Of a stretch of DNA of 64,000 bases, positions 1 through 12,337 are shown in pieces. The notes beneath the pieces are model-generated. The model did no database searches. It saw only the letters and a list, made by a program, of their open reading frames with translations, and was not told where the DNA came from. Every line of letters begins with the position of its first letter. The stretch's first letter is position 1. The position numbers were made by a program, and so were the translations under genes. Origin of the DNA: Ranitomeya imitator (taxonomy: Eukaryota); NCBI RefSeq assembly GCF_032444005.1, contig NC_091285.1:13144001-13208000 (forward strand), given 5' to 3'.

Positions 1-378
1 CACCCTAATACAGGTAGGATGTATGATATCTCTAAACGTTATACATGCTCTAGCAGTTAGGTGGTGTACATCTTGAGCTGTCCATGTGGTCTCTTCTATG
101 TGGGAGAGACCACAATGGAGGTGAAGGCAAGAATTAGCAAGCATAAAAGCACAATCAGGACAGGGATGGTGGACCTCCCGATACCGAAACATTTTAAGGA
201 GCTGAGACACTCTGTAAACCTGTTACGGTTCAGAGTCATTGATGATGTGCCGGTCCTAAGACGGGGAGGGGGTAGAGTTGCTCTCTTGAACGAAAAAGAA
301 CTGAAATGGATTTTTGAATTGGATACCCTGAGGCCTAGGGGTATGAATGTGGACTATAATCAGGGTTGCCTACTATAA
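1..378 (+). mobile_element. Penelope-like element, 3' end of ORF (GIY-YIG endonuclease), degenerate
   Basis: Frame 1 reads HPNTGRMYDISKRYTCSSS*VVYILSCPCGLFYVGETT...KHF...ELKWIFELDTLRPRGMN, a PLE-type GIY-YIG domain. There is an in-frame TAG at 58-60. Confidence 0.85.
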
Positions 379-812
379 GGAATTGATGGGCTGAAGGCTT
401 TGGGATTCCTCACTGATTAGAATATGCACCTCCCATGTTGTGTCATCCTGTGTTTGGATAAATGATTCTGAGTGGAAGGAGCTTGCCTTGTCTGGATAGG
501 TGCGGTGCCCAATGACTTCTGGATGCTGGGGCATGCGCAGATGGAAGGAGGACTGCTAATGTTTACACACGTTCTCTATGGGGACATGTGTCTGCAGTCA
601 TCATGTTCATGTGTTTGTATATTAGCGATCGGGGTTGATGTATTTTCTGGCGATGTGTTAGTGGGCAGTTTGGGGAAATATGGGGCTATTTTTAACTGTT
701 GAATGTCTGTATATGTATGGAGGCATACTGTGTTCAGTTTTCATTGGTGCATGTGTACAGAAAGTGTGGGGAGGGGTTTGCACTATATAGTTTGGGTTGA
801 AACACTCCTGTA

Positions 813-854
813 CTGTGCTTGAAAAAGATCTGTTGGATCGAAACGTTGCCACAG
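813..854 (+). ncRNA. Hammerhead-like motif with variant core, in the Penelope 3' terminal region
   Basis: CTGTG-CTTGAAAAA-GATC-tgttg-GATC-GAAACGTT-gc-CACAG. Stems I and II pair and stem III is the palindrome AACGTT. The core differs from CUGANGA. Lies about 440 nt after the PLE ORF on the same strand. Confidence 0.55.
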
Positions 855-1088
855 GAGGCAGAATAAAATGTGTTTTTTTTTTTTTCACCAACATTTGAGG
901 CGCTGTCTTCTCTACTACTTGGTATGGACTTTCTTCCGGGATGAACTCCCTGGTTGTGACGTGCGTCTTAAATAGTGTCCTGTAGGACCCTGGCTACATG
1001 AGGTGCAGTTTAACTTATAATTTTTGATCGGTGCAGATTACTTTTGTCCTGCCCAACTGCCAATGTATAACTGCAGAATACGCTTTAA

Positions 1089-2696
1089 CCCTCCGTCACA
1101 TACAATATTCGGACTAACGAGTTCACATACAATGTGCCTGTCAGGCGCCTGCTGGAAAAATACCTATAATATCTAATGTTTGCAATTTCAGTGCTCTAAA
1201 AGTGATCAGTGACCTTCATATGGATGTAATAAAAAGAGACTACACATAATCAGTTGCAAAAAAAAACATTTACTTAACATAAAACTAATAACTATGAAAT
1301 ACAAACTTTTCAAAACTCCCGCCAAATAGTCCCCAGTTCGACTCTCTCAAAAAAATGTACAAAGAAAATTTTTGAACACAAACTTAATTTTAAGGTACCT
1401 TAAGTACTATTAAAAACATATTCAATCAGAAGTAGATGCTGAGGTTTCCCCAGAAAAGTCACACTTGCAGAGCAAATAGCAAGAATTACACACCATTTTT
1501 GCATGTGTCAGGCAAATTGCTTTATGACATTTGAGACATTCATAATTTGAAAGCCTTCTGGTTCCACTTTCCGTTTGGCAGGTGGTGCAGATGGTGACTT
1601 TTCACCATCATCTTCTGGGCGGAACCTTTTGAGCTGAACTTGAAGGCGAGAGGGGATACCGATTGTTTTCACGCTTCTGCTGCGTAGCTCTCCAAGTACT
1701 AGTTCATGGGCCAATTTTTTCAGATTCAATCGTCTACGGAGTGGTTCAAGCTTGTTTTCAAGATAAATTACTTGTGAATTTATACCACCCAAATTCAACA
1801 TAGCAAAAAATATGACCATTGGCCAGCGTTTGATGTTTCTGCTGACGTTGAAAGTGGAGCACATCTGATCTGCTGTATCCACACCCCCTTTGGTGGCATT
1901 GTAAAATGTAATTATCTCCGTTTTTTTTTCTGCCCCAGTCCCAGGATCGATGGCAGCATCATCATGAAGTGTTGATAGAAGAAGTACGATTTTTTTGGCA
2001 TGTGGTACATAGGAAACTAAAGCCTTTCCATTATGGAATGCAAACATACTGCTGTACTGTTGTCTCTCTTTCACACTTACAAACTGTGGCGGCAATTCCC
2101 TTTTGTTTTTTCTTACAGTTCCCACATATGACAGCTTCTGAATTTTCAGATAATCAATCAGATCACAACTTGTAAACCACTTTCCTTTCCTAAATCCTCA
2201 TTCAGTGTGAGGTCTCTATCATCTAACAGCATGTTTGTTACTTCCTCAACATCAAGTTGTTTGGATAAATTGTACATTTTCCTCTCCATTTCAGCAGATA
2301 ATCTGAAGCAAGAGAAGGAATGTGTTAGGGAACTACTGTATATGCCTGAGCAGCACACTTTCTTTTATAAAATCTCCCTTATTTCTATGAAATATCCTCA
2401 CATTTTGTGCTATACATTCATAAAACAAGCTAAATAAACTATTGTGATGAATAAAAACATAAAATACCAACCTTACTGAATGTGACGTATTCACATACAA
2501 TGAGCCTGAGAGATCTGTGCAGCCAGCTATATCCTCTCCCCTGAAGCTCTGAAATCCAACTGTGATATCAGGTTTCACAGACCTTCAAGAGACAGGAGAC
2601 TACCTGGAGGGAGGGGGTTTCCTCACAATCTGGTGAGGAAGGAGAAATGAAAGTAAAAGAGAAGCGCCTGTCAGATCAGTTGTATGTGACGGAGGG
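1089..2696 (-). mobile_element. piggyBac transposon, internally deleted
   Basis: TTAA on both sides (1085-1088, 2697-2700). 17-bp TIR CCCTCCGTCACATACAA / TTGTATGTGACGGAGGG. Transposase remnants on the minus strand. Confidence 0.95.
1508..2125 (-). pseudogene. piggyBac (PGBD4-like) transposase, C-terminal fragment
   Basis: GTVRKNKRELP...YNATKGGVDTADQM...RWPMVIFFAMLN. The Cys-rich tail (KCHKAICLTHAKMVCNSC) is in another frame and the central catalytic part is deleted. Confidence 0.9.
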
Positions 2697-3399
2697 TTAA
2701 AAGTATTGCACAGATGACCCAGCATACGTGCTATCCCTAGCCTTATCTGAATATATAAGAAGTCTCCGCGGGGGGTCTAGCACCAATTGGTCTCATTGAA
2801 TAATTAAGCAATTTGCACAAGACCAGAGCAGGCATTACTACCCAAGATAAACAACCCCATGTTAAACAGTGAGACCATAAAAAACACCAATGAAAGAGAT
2901 AGCAAAGAAAAAAGAAACAATTGATCAATACCAAAGAAAAATCTTGCACAATAGGATGGTGATGTTCACACATAGAACATAAAACACAAGTTGAAGGATG
3001 GATAAATAAATATGAGAAGAGAAGAAAGATGAGTATTCTTCTCATGCCATGTATAACTGTTTATACACTTTGTATAAAGATAATTTTCTCCCGCTGCATT
3101 CGGCTGCGTGCAGGTGCTGGACAGAATCATAACGCTGTTAACCTGCAGATTAACAGTGTTATTCAGTGGTGACAGGTTCCCTTCAAGGACTGGAGCAGTG
3201 TGAGAATGTTAGCTGAGAGGCCACAGAGGAGGATGAGGGCATGCAGTATTATGATTATTTATTATTATAGCGCCATTTATTCCATGGCGCTTTACATGTG
3301 AGGAGGGGTATACATGATAAAAAAACAAGTACAGTAATCTTAAACAATACAAATCTCAACAGGCAAAGAAGTGAGGAGCAGGAGCAGGAAGTCCTGTTT

Positions 3400-4440
3400 T
3401 TATGGGGGCTGCCTTATTCTACAGTATCTGCCTATAGGGGAGGGAGTGCTGCCTTATATACAGGATCTGCCTATAGGGGGGGAGTGCTGCCTTATATACA
3501 GGATCTGGCTATAGGGGGGGGGGAGTGCTGCCTTATATACAGGATCTGGCTATAGGGGAGGGAGTGCTGCCTCATATACAGGATCAACCTATAGGGGAGG
3601 GAGTGCTGCCTCATATACAGGATCTGCCTATAGGGGGGAGTTCTGCCTCATATACAGGATCTGCCTATAGGGGGGGAGTGCTGCCTTATATACAGGATCT
3701 GCCTATAGGGGGGGAGTGCTGCCTTATATACAGGATCTGCCTATAGGGGGGGAGTGCTGCCTTATATACAGGATCTGGCTATAGGGGAGGGAGTGCTGCC
3801 TCATATACAGGATCAACCTATAGGGGAGGGAGTGCTGCCTCATATACAGGATCTGCCTATAGGGGGGAGTTCTGCCTCATATACAGGATCTGCCTATAGG
3901 GGGGGAGTGCTGCCTTATATACAGGATCTGCTTATAGGGGGGGAGTGCTGCCTTATATACAGGATCTGCCTATAGGGGGGAGTTCTGCCTCATATACAGG
4001 ATCTGCCTATAGGGGAGGGAGTGCTGCCTTATATACAGGATCTGCCTATAGGGGGGGAGTGCTGCCTTATATACAGGATCTGCCTATAGGGGGGGAGTGC
4101 TGCCTTATATACAGGATCTGGCTATAGGGGAGGGAGTGCTGCCTCATATACAGGATCAACCTATAGGGGAGGGAGTGCTGCCTCATATACAGGATCTGCC
4201 TATAGGGGGGAGTTCTGCCTCATATACAGGATCTGCCTATAGGGGAGGGAGTGCTGCCTTATATACAGGATCTGCTTATAGGGGGGAGTGCTGCCTTATT
4301 CTATAGTATCTGCCTATGGGGGGAGTGCTGCCTTATATACAGGATCTGCCTAAAGGGGGAGTGATGCCTTATTCTACAGGATCTGCCTATGGGGGGGTGC
4401 TGCCCTATACTACAGGGTCTGCCTATGAGGGGTACTGCCT
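3400..4440. repeat. Minisatellite, about 38-39 bp unit
   Basis: Tandem GAGTGCTGCCTTATATACAGGATCTGCCTATAGGGGGG with a variable G-run. Confidence 0.95.
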
Positions 4441-4832
4441 TGTGCTATATTGAGGACTATCTGGCATATTATACTATTTGGTGGTTATCTATGGGGCCAT
4501 CATACAGTGTGGGGATTACAGTGTTGGAGTCATCAAACAGTTTGAAGGCTACTAAGGGGTCAGTATACTGTGTGGGTAGTACTATACAGTTAGGGGGCAT
4601 TATACTGTGTATAGGGGAGCTGTACGGGGACTCGGGACATTATTAAATGTAAAGTGGGCACTTATTGTAATAGGGGAACTCAGGTTACTGTGACTATCAA
4701 AGGGGCACACAGAGGGCATTATTACTTTCTAGAGGGCAAAATGTGGGATCTGTTTTCTGCGGCACTTGCACCCAGCATTACTATATTATAGAGGGGTGCT
4801 TTAGAATTTAGAGGGTACAGAGAACCACAGAG

Positions 4833-5878
4833 TAGGTGCAGTAATAGGGTCACATACGGCAGCAGAGGCTCAGTATCGGGGTATCAGGTGCAGTAATAGG
4901 GACACATACGGCAGCAGCGGCTCAGTATCGGGGTATCAGGTGCAGTAATAGGGACACATACGGCAGCAGCGGCTCAGTATTGGGGTATCAGGTGCAGTAA
5001 TAGGGACACATACGGCAGCAGAGGCTCAGTATTGGGGTATCAGGTGTAGTAAAAGGGTCACATACGGCAGCAGCGGCTCAGTATTGGGGTATCAGGGGCA
5101 GTAATAGGGACACATACGGCAGCAGCGGCTCAGTATTGGGGAATGAGGTGCAGTAATAGGGACACATACGGCAGCAGCGGCTCAGTATTGGGGTATCAGG
5201 TGTAGTAATAGGGACACATACGGCAGCAGCGGCTCAGTATTGGGGTATCAGGTGTAGTAATAGGGACACATACGGCAACAGCGGCTCAGTATTGGGGTAT
5301 CAGGTGTAGTAATAGGGACACATACGGCAGCAGCGGCTCAGTATTGGGGTATCAGGTGTAGTAATAGGGGCACATACGGCAGCAGCGGCTCAGTATTGGG
5401 GTATCAGGTGCAGTAATAGGGACACATACGGCAGCAGAGGCTCAGTATTGGGGTATCAGGTGTAGTAAAAGGGTCACATACGGCAGCAGCGGCTCAGTAT
5501 TGGGGTATCAGGGGCAGTAATAGGGACACATACGGCAGTAGCGGCTCAGTATTGGGGTATCAGGTGCAGTAATAGGGACACATACGGCAGCAGCGGCTCA
5601 GTATTGGGGTATCAGGTGCAGTAATAGGGACACATACGGCAGCAGCGGCTCAGTATTGGGGTATCAGGTGTAGTAATAGGGACACATACGGCAACAGCGG
5701 CTCAGTATTGGGGTATCAGGTGTAGTAATAGGGACACATACGGCAGCAGCGGCTCAGTATTGGGGTATCAGGTGTAGTAATAGGGGCACATACGGCAGCA
5801 GCGGCTCAGTATTGGGGTATCAGGGGCAGTAATAGGGACATATACGGCAGCAGCGGCTCAGTATTGGGGTATCAGCAG
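4833..5878. repeat. Minisatellite, 52 bp unit, about 20 copies
   Basis: Tandem CAGGTGCAGTAATAGGGACACATACGGCAGCAGCGGCTCAGTATTGGGGTAT; period 52 (4885 to 4937). Confidence 0.95.
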
Positions 5879-6120
5879 GATGAGGGGTTTGTGCAGGTTG
5901 GGAATAGATGGTGATGGCTGGAATGTGAGAAGTGAAACGTGTCTTTGTTGTTTTCTCTGCAGACGAGCTGTAGCTCGAAGAAGTTGTCATGTCGGTCTGG
6001 GCCAGATGGAAAAGATGGGAAAAGTGACGATTCCATCATAAAGAACGTCAATGGTAAGTCATCTAATATATAATTGCCTAGAATACTACTTCCTGCAATT
6101 TGTGCCAACTTCCGTGGCTT

Positions 6121-6221
6121 TGTCCGGAGCTAATGTCCGGAGCTAATGTCCAGAGCTAATGTCCGGAGCTAATGTGCGGAGCTAATGTCCGGAGCTAATG
6201 TCCGGAGCTAATGTCCGGAGA
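6121..6221. repeat. 13-bp tandem repeat
   Basis: TGTCCGGAGCTAA, about 8 copies. Confidence 0.9.
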
Positions 6222-7090
6222 TAAGTGACGTCAACAGTGTCCAGTGTCTGATTGGTTGCCGCCTGCTGCGAGCGACCAATCAGAAACGTGCCGTACTGTG
6301 ACACACTCCGCCCGCCATTTTGGTGTGATTTTTGAATTTTTACCTCACAGCAAGTTTCTACTGCGTGGAGGCGGGCCCAGTGACGTTGCTCTTCAAGCTC
6401 CTGCCGAATTTCGTCAAAAAAATGATAATACCATTTACCAAAACTATATATATTTAGTTGGGAAGTGGTTCAGTGACATTTTCACACCAATTTTGAACTT
6501 TTGTTTGGTGTTTTCTCCATATACTGCCTATTATTCACTGACTGTTATACTGAGAGACTGCCGTTTATTAACCTCTTCTTTGCCACATTGGGTATATTGC
6601 TCTATTATTTGCCACATAAGGACATTGTCCATTATTGCCCAGCAATTTCTCTGCAATATAAACTGCCTATTTATTAATATCTGCATTCCTGCAAAGAACT
6701 ATTGCCTATTATTAACTGGCTATTTTCCTACTACCTGACACTGCCTCTTATTAACCTGTTGTTTGCCACCACCACACTTAAAGCTGTTTAGCTTAGCCAA
6801 CATGAGCTCTAATAGTAAGGATACTAATGACACAGAGCCCAAAGCTGCTGATGGCGCACGTAAGATTAGGTCTGATATAAAGTATACTAATAATGCAGAG
6901 CAAAAAGACAAGTTGTCGTCTGATGTCTTTCATCCCTCCCCTCATAAGCATGTTCATGGATCCTGTGTAACTGTACCTTAAATAACAAGAATTGTCAAGA
7001 GCTGGTGAGTGCAGCCATTTTTTGTTCTTTCTTACTATTATTTATTAATTGTATTATTCTTACATTTGAATAAATAAAGTATATATGGAT

Positions 7091-7130
7091 TCTAGACTCC
7101 CGATTCTTTAGAATCGGGCTGCCATCTAGT
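7091..7130 (+). mobile_element. Helitron-type 3' terminus
   Basis: Hairpin CCCGATTC-ttta-GAATCGGG (7099-7118), then CTAG (7126-7129) and T. The 5' end was not identified. Confidence 0.65.
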
Positions 7131-7491
7131 TATTTATAACTGTGCAGTGATCTCTTATATGCTCTGTAGGGCTGGTATCTACCACTGACCATATGGCGGT
7201 AATATCCATGTTGGTCGTTATATAGAGATTATCTTCAGTAACAGCGCGGTCATCTGCTGAGGTTCTCCTCCACTATTAGGTGGCGTCATCAAGTAGTAAT
7301 CAAGGTTACCTGGTTAGGGGCCCACTCAGAAGCTTCGCCCCCTGGACCTAAACCCTAGCTACGCCTCTGGATAGGGGTCGAGGTGAAGAGGTGGTGTACG
7401 AGTGGGAGACACCGGTTTCTTCATAGTCATAGCCCCGATTGGGACTCCTGCACCCACCCAGTGACCTATGTCCTCCGCTTCTACCATTCTA

Positions 7492-7528
7492 AGGTTTGAG
7501 AAAGACCCTGTGGGTCGAAACGTTACCT
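7492..7528 (+). ncRNA. Hammerhead-like motif with variant core, Penelope terminal remnant
   Basis: AGGT-TTGAGAAA-GACCC-tgt-GGGTC-GAAACGTT-ACCT; AATAAA follows downstream. Confidence 0.5.
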
Positions 7529-8248
7529 ACCTTGAAACACTGCGGTGCTACCTTTAAGTTTGGTGTTTGTAAATAAAGAAAACCACAATTTTTTTGAGAC
7601 AAAAATCCAACCTCCGATAATCTTTATTGAGTGCGACTGTTGTTGTATGAACATAATCTGGAGCAACCCTCCATGTTCAGTCTGCACCACCCATAGCGAG
7701 AGTGCACGTCTTGTTCTACTATAACAGTCTGTTAGATATGACAAGATCCAAGATAAGGCCAAGTCTGTGATGCCAAGAGATGAGAGTGCAGCACCCCAGG
7801 TAACCGGTTGCTGCAGTGATGCTGTCGTCCCTTCGGGGAGGGTGATGTCTCGCTTGGAGGCAAGGGGGATTCTCTCTATCAGGTAAGGCAGTCATATTCA
7901 ACACATCTGAATCTAGGCCAGGAGGGGGAGCTCAGGACCCGGATTCAGTGGAGCTTCCCTAGACTTGAAGTGTCCTGGTCTGGAGGAGGAGTCAGTCAAT
8001 CTGGAGGAGAGAGTGAGAGAAGGAAGTCTGGAACTGAGAGCAGACGTAGAGGCCTAGCAGCCACGAGGGAGCTGTAGCAGGGCCGGCTCCAGGTTTTTGT
8101 GGGCCCCGGGCAAAAGAGTCTCAGTGGGCCCACATACCACGATTCATGATGCACAGATACGGAGGAGAAATATAGTTATACTACACAGGGCCTAGCCTTC
8201 CCCCTCATCCTTCACATAGGCAGATCTACACACAAAATACGCAGACAT

Positions 8249-8318
<70 letters not shown>

Positions 8319-9029
8319 CGCAGACATGTACACATACAATACGTAAACATACATATACATACAGTAGGCAGACATGCACAAACATACAATAAGCAGACAT
8401 GCACACACATACAGTACGCAGTCATGCGCACACACACAGTACGCAGACATGCGCACACACACAGTCTGCGTTATACAGTATGGAGCATCACATGGGGCTA
8501 TTATACACTATCGAGCATTATGTGTGGCCATTATACAGTATAGAGCATCATGTGTGGCCAGCGTCAGACTGGAGCACCTTGGGCCCACCAGAGAAAATCA
8601 TTCTTGGGGCCCACTATGTAGCTACATAGAAATAGATACAAGACCACCAATTGTGCTGTAAAAAGCGCTAATATCAGGGTATAATATAAGGTAGTACACG
8701 TCTTAATTACGTAGCAAGGGTTGGGGTAGCCTCCTCGCAGAATATAATTTAGCCCCCTCATAAAATATAACGCAGTCCCCTCTAATAGAATATAATGTAG
8801 CACCCTCATAGGGTATAATGCAGCCCACCTCATATAGTATAATGCAGCCACCACAGAATATAATGTAGTCAACTGAGAGAATGCAGCCCCACCACAGAAT
8901 ATAATGCAGCCCCCCATAGAGTATACTGTAGCCCCCTCACATAGTATGATGTAGCCCCCATAATATAATGTAGTCCCCTTAGAATAATGCAGTGCCCCCA
9001 CAGAATATAATGTAGCCCCCTCATAAAGT

Positions 9030-9930
9030 ATAATGGAGCCCCTCTCCACCCCATCATTGTCCTCATCACCACCTCCATCATTGCCTTCTCCCCCACCACC
9101 CTTATCATTCTCCCCCACCACCTCCATCACTGCCCATTCCACCACCTGCATCATTGCCTCCTCCCCCACCATCATTGTCCATTTCATCACCTCCATCATT
9201 GCCTCCCCCACCACCATCCTTGCCCATTGCCTAAATCATTGCCTCCCCCCACCACCATCATTGCCCATTTCATCACCTCCATCACTGCCTCCCACCACCA
9301 CCATTGACCATCACCTCCATCATTGCCTCTCCCCTACCACCATCATTGCCCATCACCTCCATCATTGCCTTCCCACCATCATAGCCTATCACCTCCATCA
9401 TTGCCTCCCATACCATCATTACCTATCACCTACATCATTGCCTCCCCCACCATCATTGCCTCCCCTCACCCTCATTTCCCATCACCTCCATCATTGTCTC
9501 CCCCACCATCACTACCCCTTACCTCCATCATTGCCTCCCCTCACCTCCATCATTGCCTCCCCACCACCACCATCATTGCCCATCACCTCCATCATTGCCT
9601 CTCCCACCATCATTGCCTCCCCTCACCCTCATTGACCATCACCTCCATCATTGCCTCTCCCACCATCATTGCCTCCCCTCACCCTCATTGACCATCACCT
9701 CCATCATTCCCTCCCTCACCATGATTGCCCATCACCTCCATCATTCCCTCCCTCACCATGATTGCCCCTCACCGCCATCATTGCCTCCCCACTACCACCA
9801 TCATTGCCTATCATCTCCATCATTGTCTTCCCCCCACCATCATTACCCATCACCTCCATAATTGTCTCCCCCAACCACCATCATTGCCCATCACCTCCAT
9901 CATTGTCTCCCCCCACCAATATCATTGTCC
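9030..9930. repeat. Low-complexity CAT/CAC-rich degenerate tandem repeat
   Basis: Recurring CCATCACCTCCATCATTGCC and CCACCACCATCATTG motifs. Confidence 0.9.
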
Positions 9931-10579
9931 TTCACCACACACACACAGCTCACCGCAGCTCATCACACACACACACAGGCAGGCACACACGCAGCACAGC
10001 TCACCTCCCCGCATCAGCAGCTCATTCCAGCAGCCTCTTCCTCGCTAGATTCCTGGAAGCTTTCTGACTGAGACAGCAGCACGCTAGATGATGACGTCAT
10101 CCAGATGGGCTGTCTCAGACAGGAAGCAGGGCGCCTGGAGGTGAGCTGCTCTGTGAGTCTGTGCCTGCGTGTGTATGTGTGCGGTGCTGTGTGTGTGTGT
10201 GTGTGTGTGTGGGGGGGGGGTTGCGGTACTTTGTGAGTGTGTGTGGTGCGGCTTTACAATCGGGTAGTGTTAGCTGCACCCTGCGGCTAACGCTGCCCGC
10301 TATTAAAGACAAATGGTATTCACGCCTCTTCCACGCCCATAGGGGCATGGGGAAGCGTGAATATTCATTTGGCTTTAGCAGCGGGGACAAGATCCTGTCT
10401 CCAGCTACTGCTACTGGCACAGGGCGGGCCGCCTTGACTCAAGGGCCCTATAGCCACAGGCAAGGGGCCCCTGGAGCAGTGGGGGCCCTAGGCAGCTGCT
10501 GGCCAGTATGCCAGCAGGTGTCAGTGTCTGGGCACACCGGAGAATCCTCCGGTTCTCCGGTGGGCCAGTCTGAGCCTGC

Positions 10580-11250
10580 ACACAGTACGCAAACATGCAC
10601 ACACACACACAGTACGCAGACATGCACACACATACAGTACACAGACATGCACACACACAGTACACAGACATGCACACACACATACGTAGACATGCACACA
10701 CACAGTACGCAGACATGCACACACACAGTACGCAGACATACACAGTACGCAGACATGCACACACATACAGTAGGCAGACATGCACACACATACAGTACGC
10801 AGACATGCACACACACACAGTACGCAGACATGCACAAACATACAATAAGCAGACATGCACACACATACAGTACGCAAACATGCACACACACAGTACGCAA
10901 ACATGCACACAGTACGCAGACATGCACACACACACAGTACGCAGACATGCACACACACAGTACGCAGACATGCACACACACACACACAGTACGCAGACTT
11001 GCACACACACAGTACGCAGGCATGCACACACATACAGTACGCAGACATGCACAAACACACAGTATGCAGACATGCACAAACACACAGTATGCAGACATGC
11101 GCGCACACACACAGTACGCAGACATGCACACACACACAGTACGCAGACATGCACACACACAGTACACAGACATACACACACACAGTACGCAGACATGCAT
11201 ATATACAGTCATACACACAGATATGCACATCATACATGCATACACAGACA
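10580..11250. repeat. CA-rich minisatellite (CACACAGTACGCAGACATG)n; same motif at 8229-8470
   Basis: Direct inspection. The same motif lies on both sides of the nested 8557-10578 element. Confidence 0.9.
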
Positions 11251-11781
11251 GACACAAGCCTAACTCACCTCCCCCTGGCTTGTCGCTCATCAGGCTGCTC
11301 TGGCATGTGGCTATGGAGGGCACGTTGTTTGATGGCAGTCAGACATGGCTGCACACAGTGCACTCTGCAGCTGTGTCTGCTACTAAATGATGCGGTCAGG
11401 CCGGCACTGTGCCTTTAAGTGTGCTTGTGTGTCTGCCCGGCTGCATCATTACTACAGCTGCAGAGTGCACTGTGCGCGACCATGTTTGTTTAAGTGATGG
11501 CTGAGCTCAAGTAGTGCCGATTCTCCGAAGCTGCTGGGGGAGCAGCCAGGGCTCCCTGGTGTCCCGGCCACCAGTGGGCCCCCGGCAGTTGCCCGGGTAC
11601 CCGGGTGCTGACGCCGGCCCTGAGCTGCAGCCTCTGGAAAGAGAGATAACTTGAAGTCCTTGACTCCCTTTGACGAAGGCACATCGCCAAAATGCGCATT
11701 GGGGCTGTGGCATCACCATTTGGATGTTGGTAAGCTTTATTTGATGTAACTTTATAACCTACTGCATGTATCATCTTAGGT

Positions 11782-12165
11782 ATTATTATTATTATTATTT
11801 ATTTATATAGCACCATTAATTCCATGGTGCTGTACATGAGAAGGGGGTTACATACAAGTTACAAATATCACATACAGTAAACAAACAATGACGGACTGAT
11901 ACAGAGGGGCGAGGACCCTGCCCTTGCGGGCTTACATTCTACAGGATTATGGGGAAGGAGACAGTAGGTTGAGGGTTGCAGGAGCTCCGGTGTTGGTGAG
12001 GCGGTAGCTCCGGTGTTGGTGAGGCGGTAGCTCCGGTGTTGGTGAGGCGGTAGCTTCGATAGTGATGAGGCAGCAGCGGTGTCAGTGCAGGCTGTAGGCT
12101 TTCCTGAAGAGATGAGTTTTCAGGTTCCGTCTGAAGGATCCGACTGTGGGTGATAGTCGGACATG
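11782..12165 (-). mobile_element. L2 LINE 3' end, 5'-truncated
   Basis: Reverse complement of the copy at 36198-36685, including the 22-bp internal repeats and the (TAA)n-like tail. Confidence 0.85.
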
Positions 12166-12337
12166 TATATACTCAGGTATATACTGAGGGTTTATGGATT
12201 TTAGCATCAGGGGCCTCCTGTGGTTTAAATGACAGCACTATTGCATGTATGCAGCCTGTAATTCACTTTTAAACCCTGTAGTTTATAATCCATACATATA
12301 CTATGTTACTTATGTACTGGGGACCAAGGGATCCGAG

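Larger units (their letters stand above)
8078..11622. mobile_element. Non-autonomous hAT-like composite element
   Basis: TIR CAGGGCCGGC / GCCGGCCCTG. The 8-bp flanks AGCTGTAG and AGCTGCAG match at 7 of 8. The interior is repeats plus an apparent nested element at about 8557-10578. Confidence 0.7.

Noticed and set aside
8192-11418. His/Thr/Cys/Pro-rich ORFs resembling mucins or metal-binding proteins
   Set aside because: They come from CA-rich and CAT-rich repeats inside a transposon.
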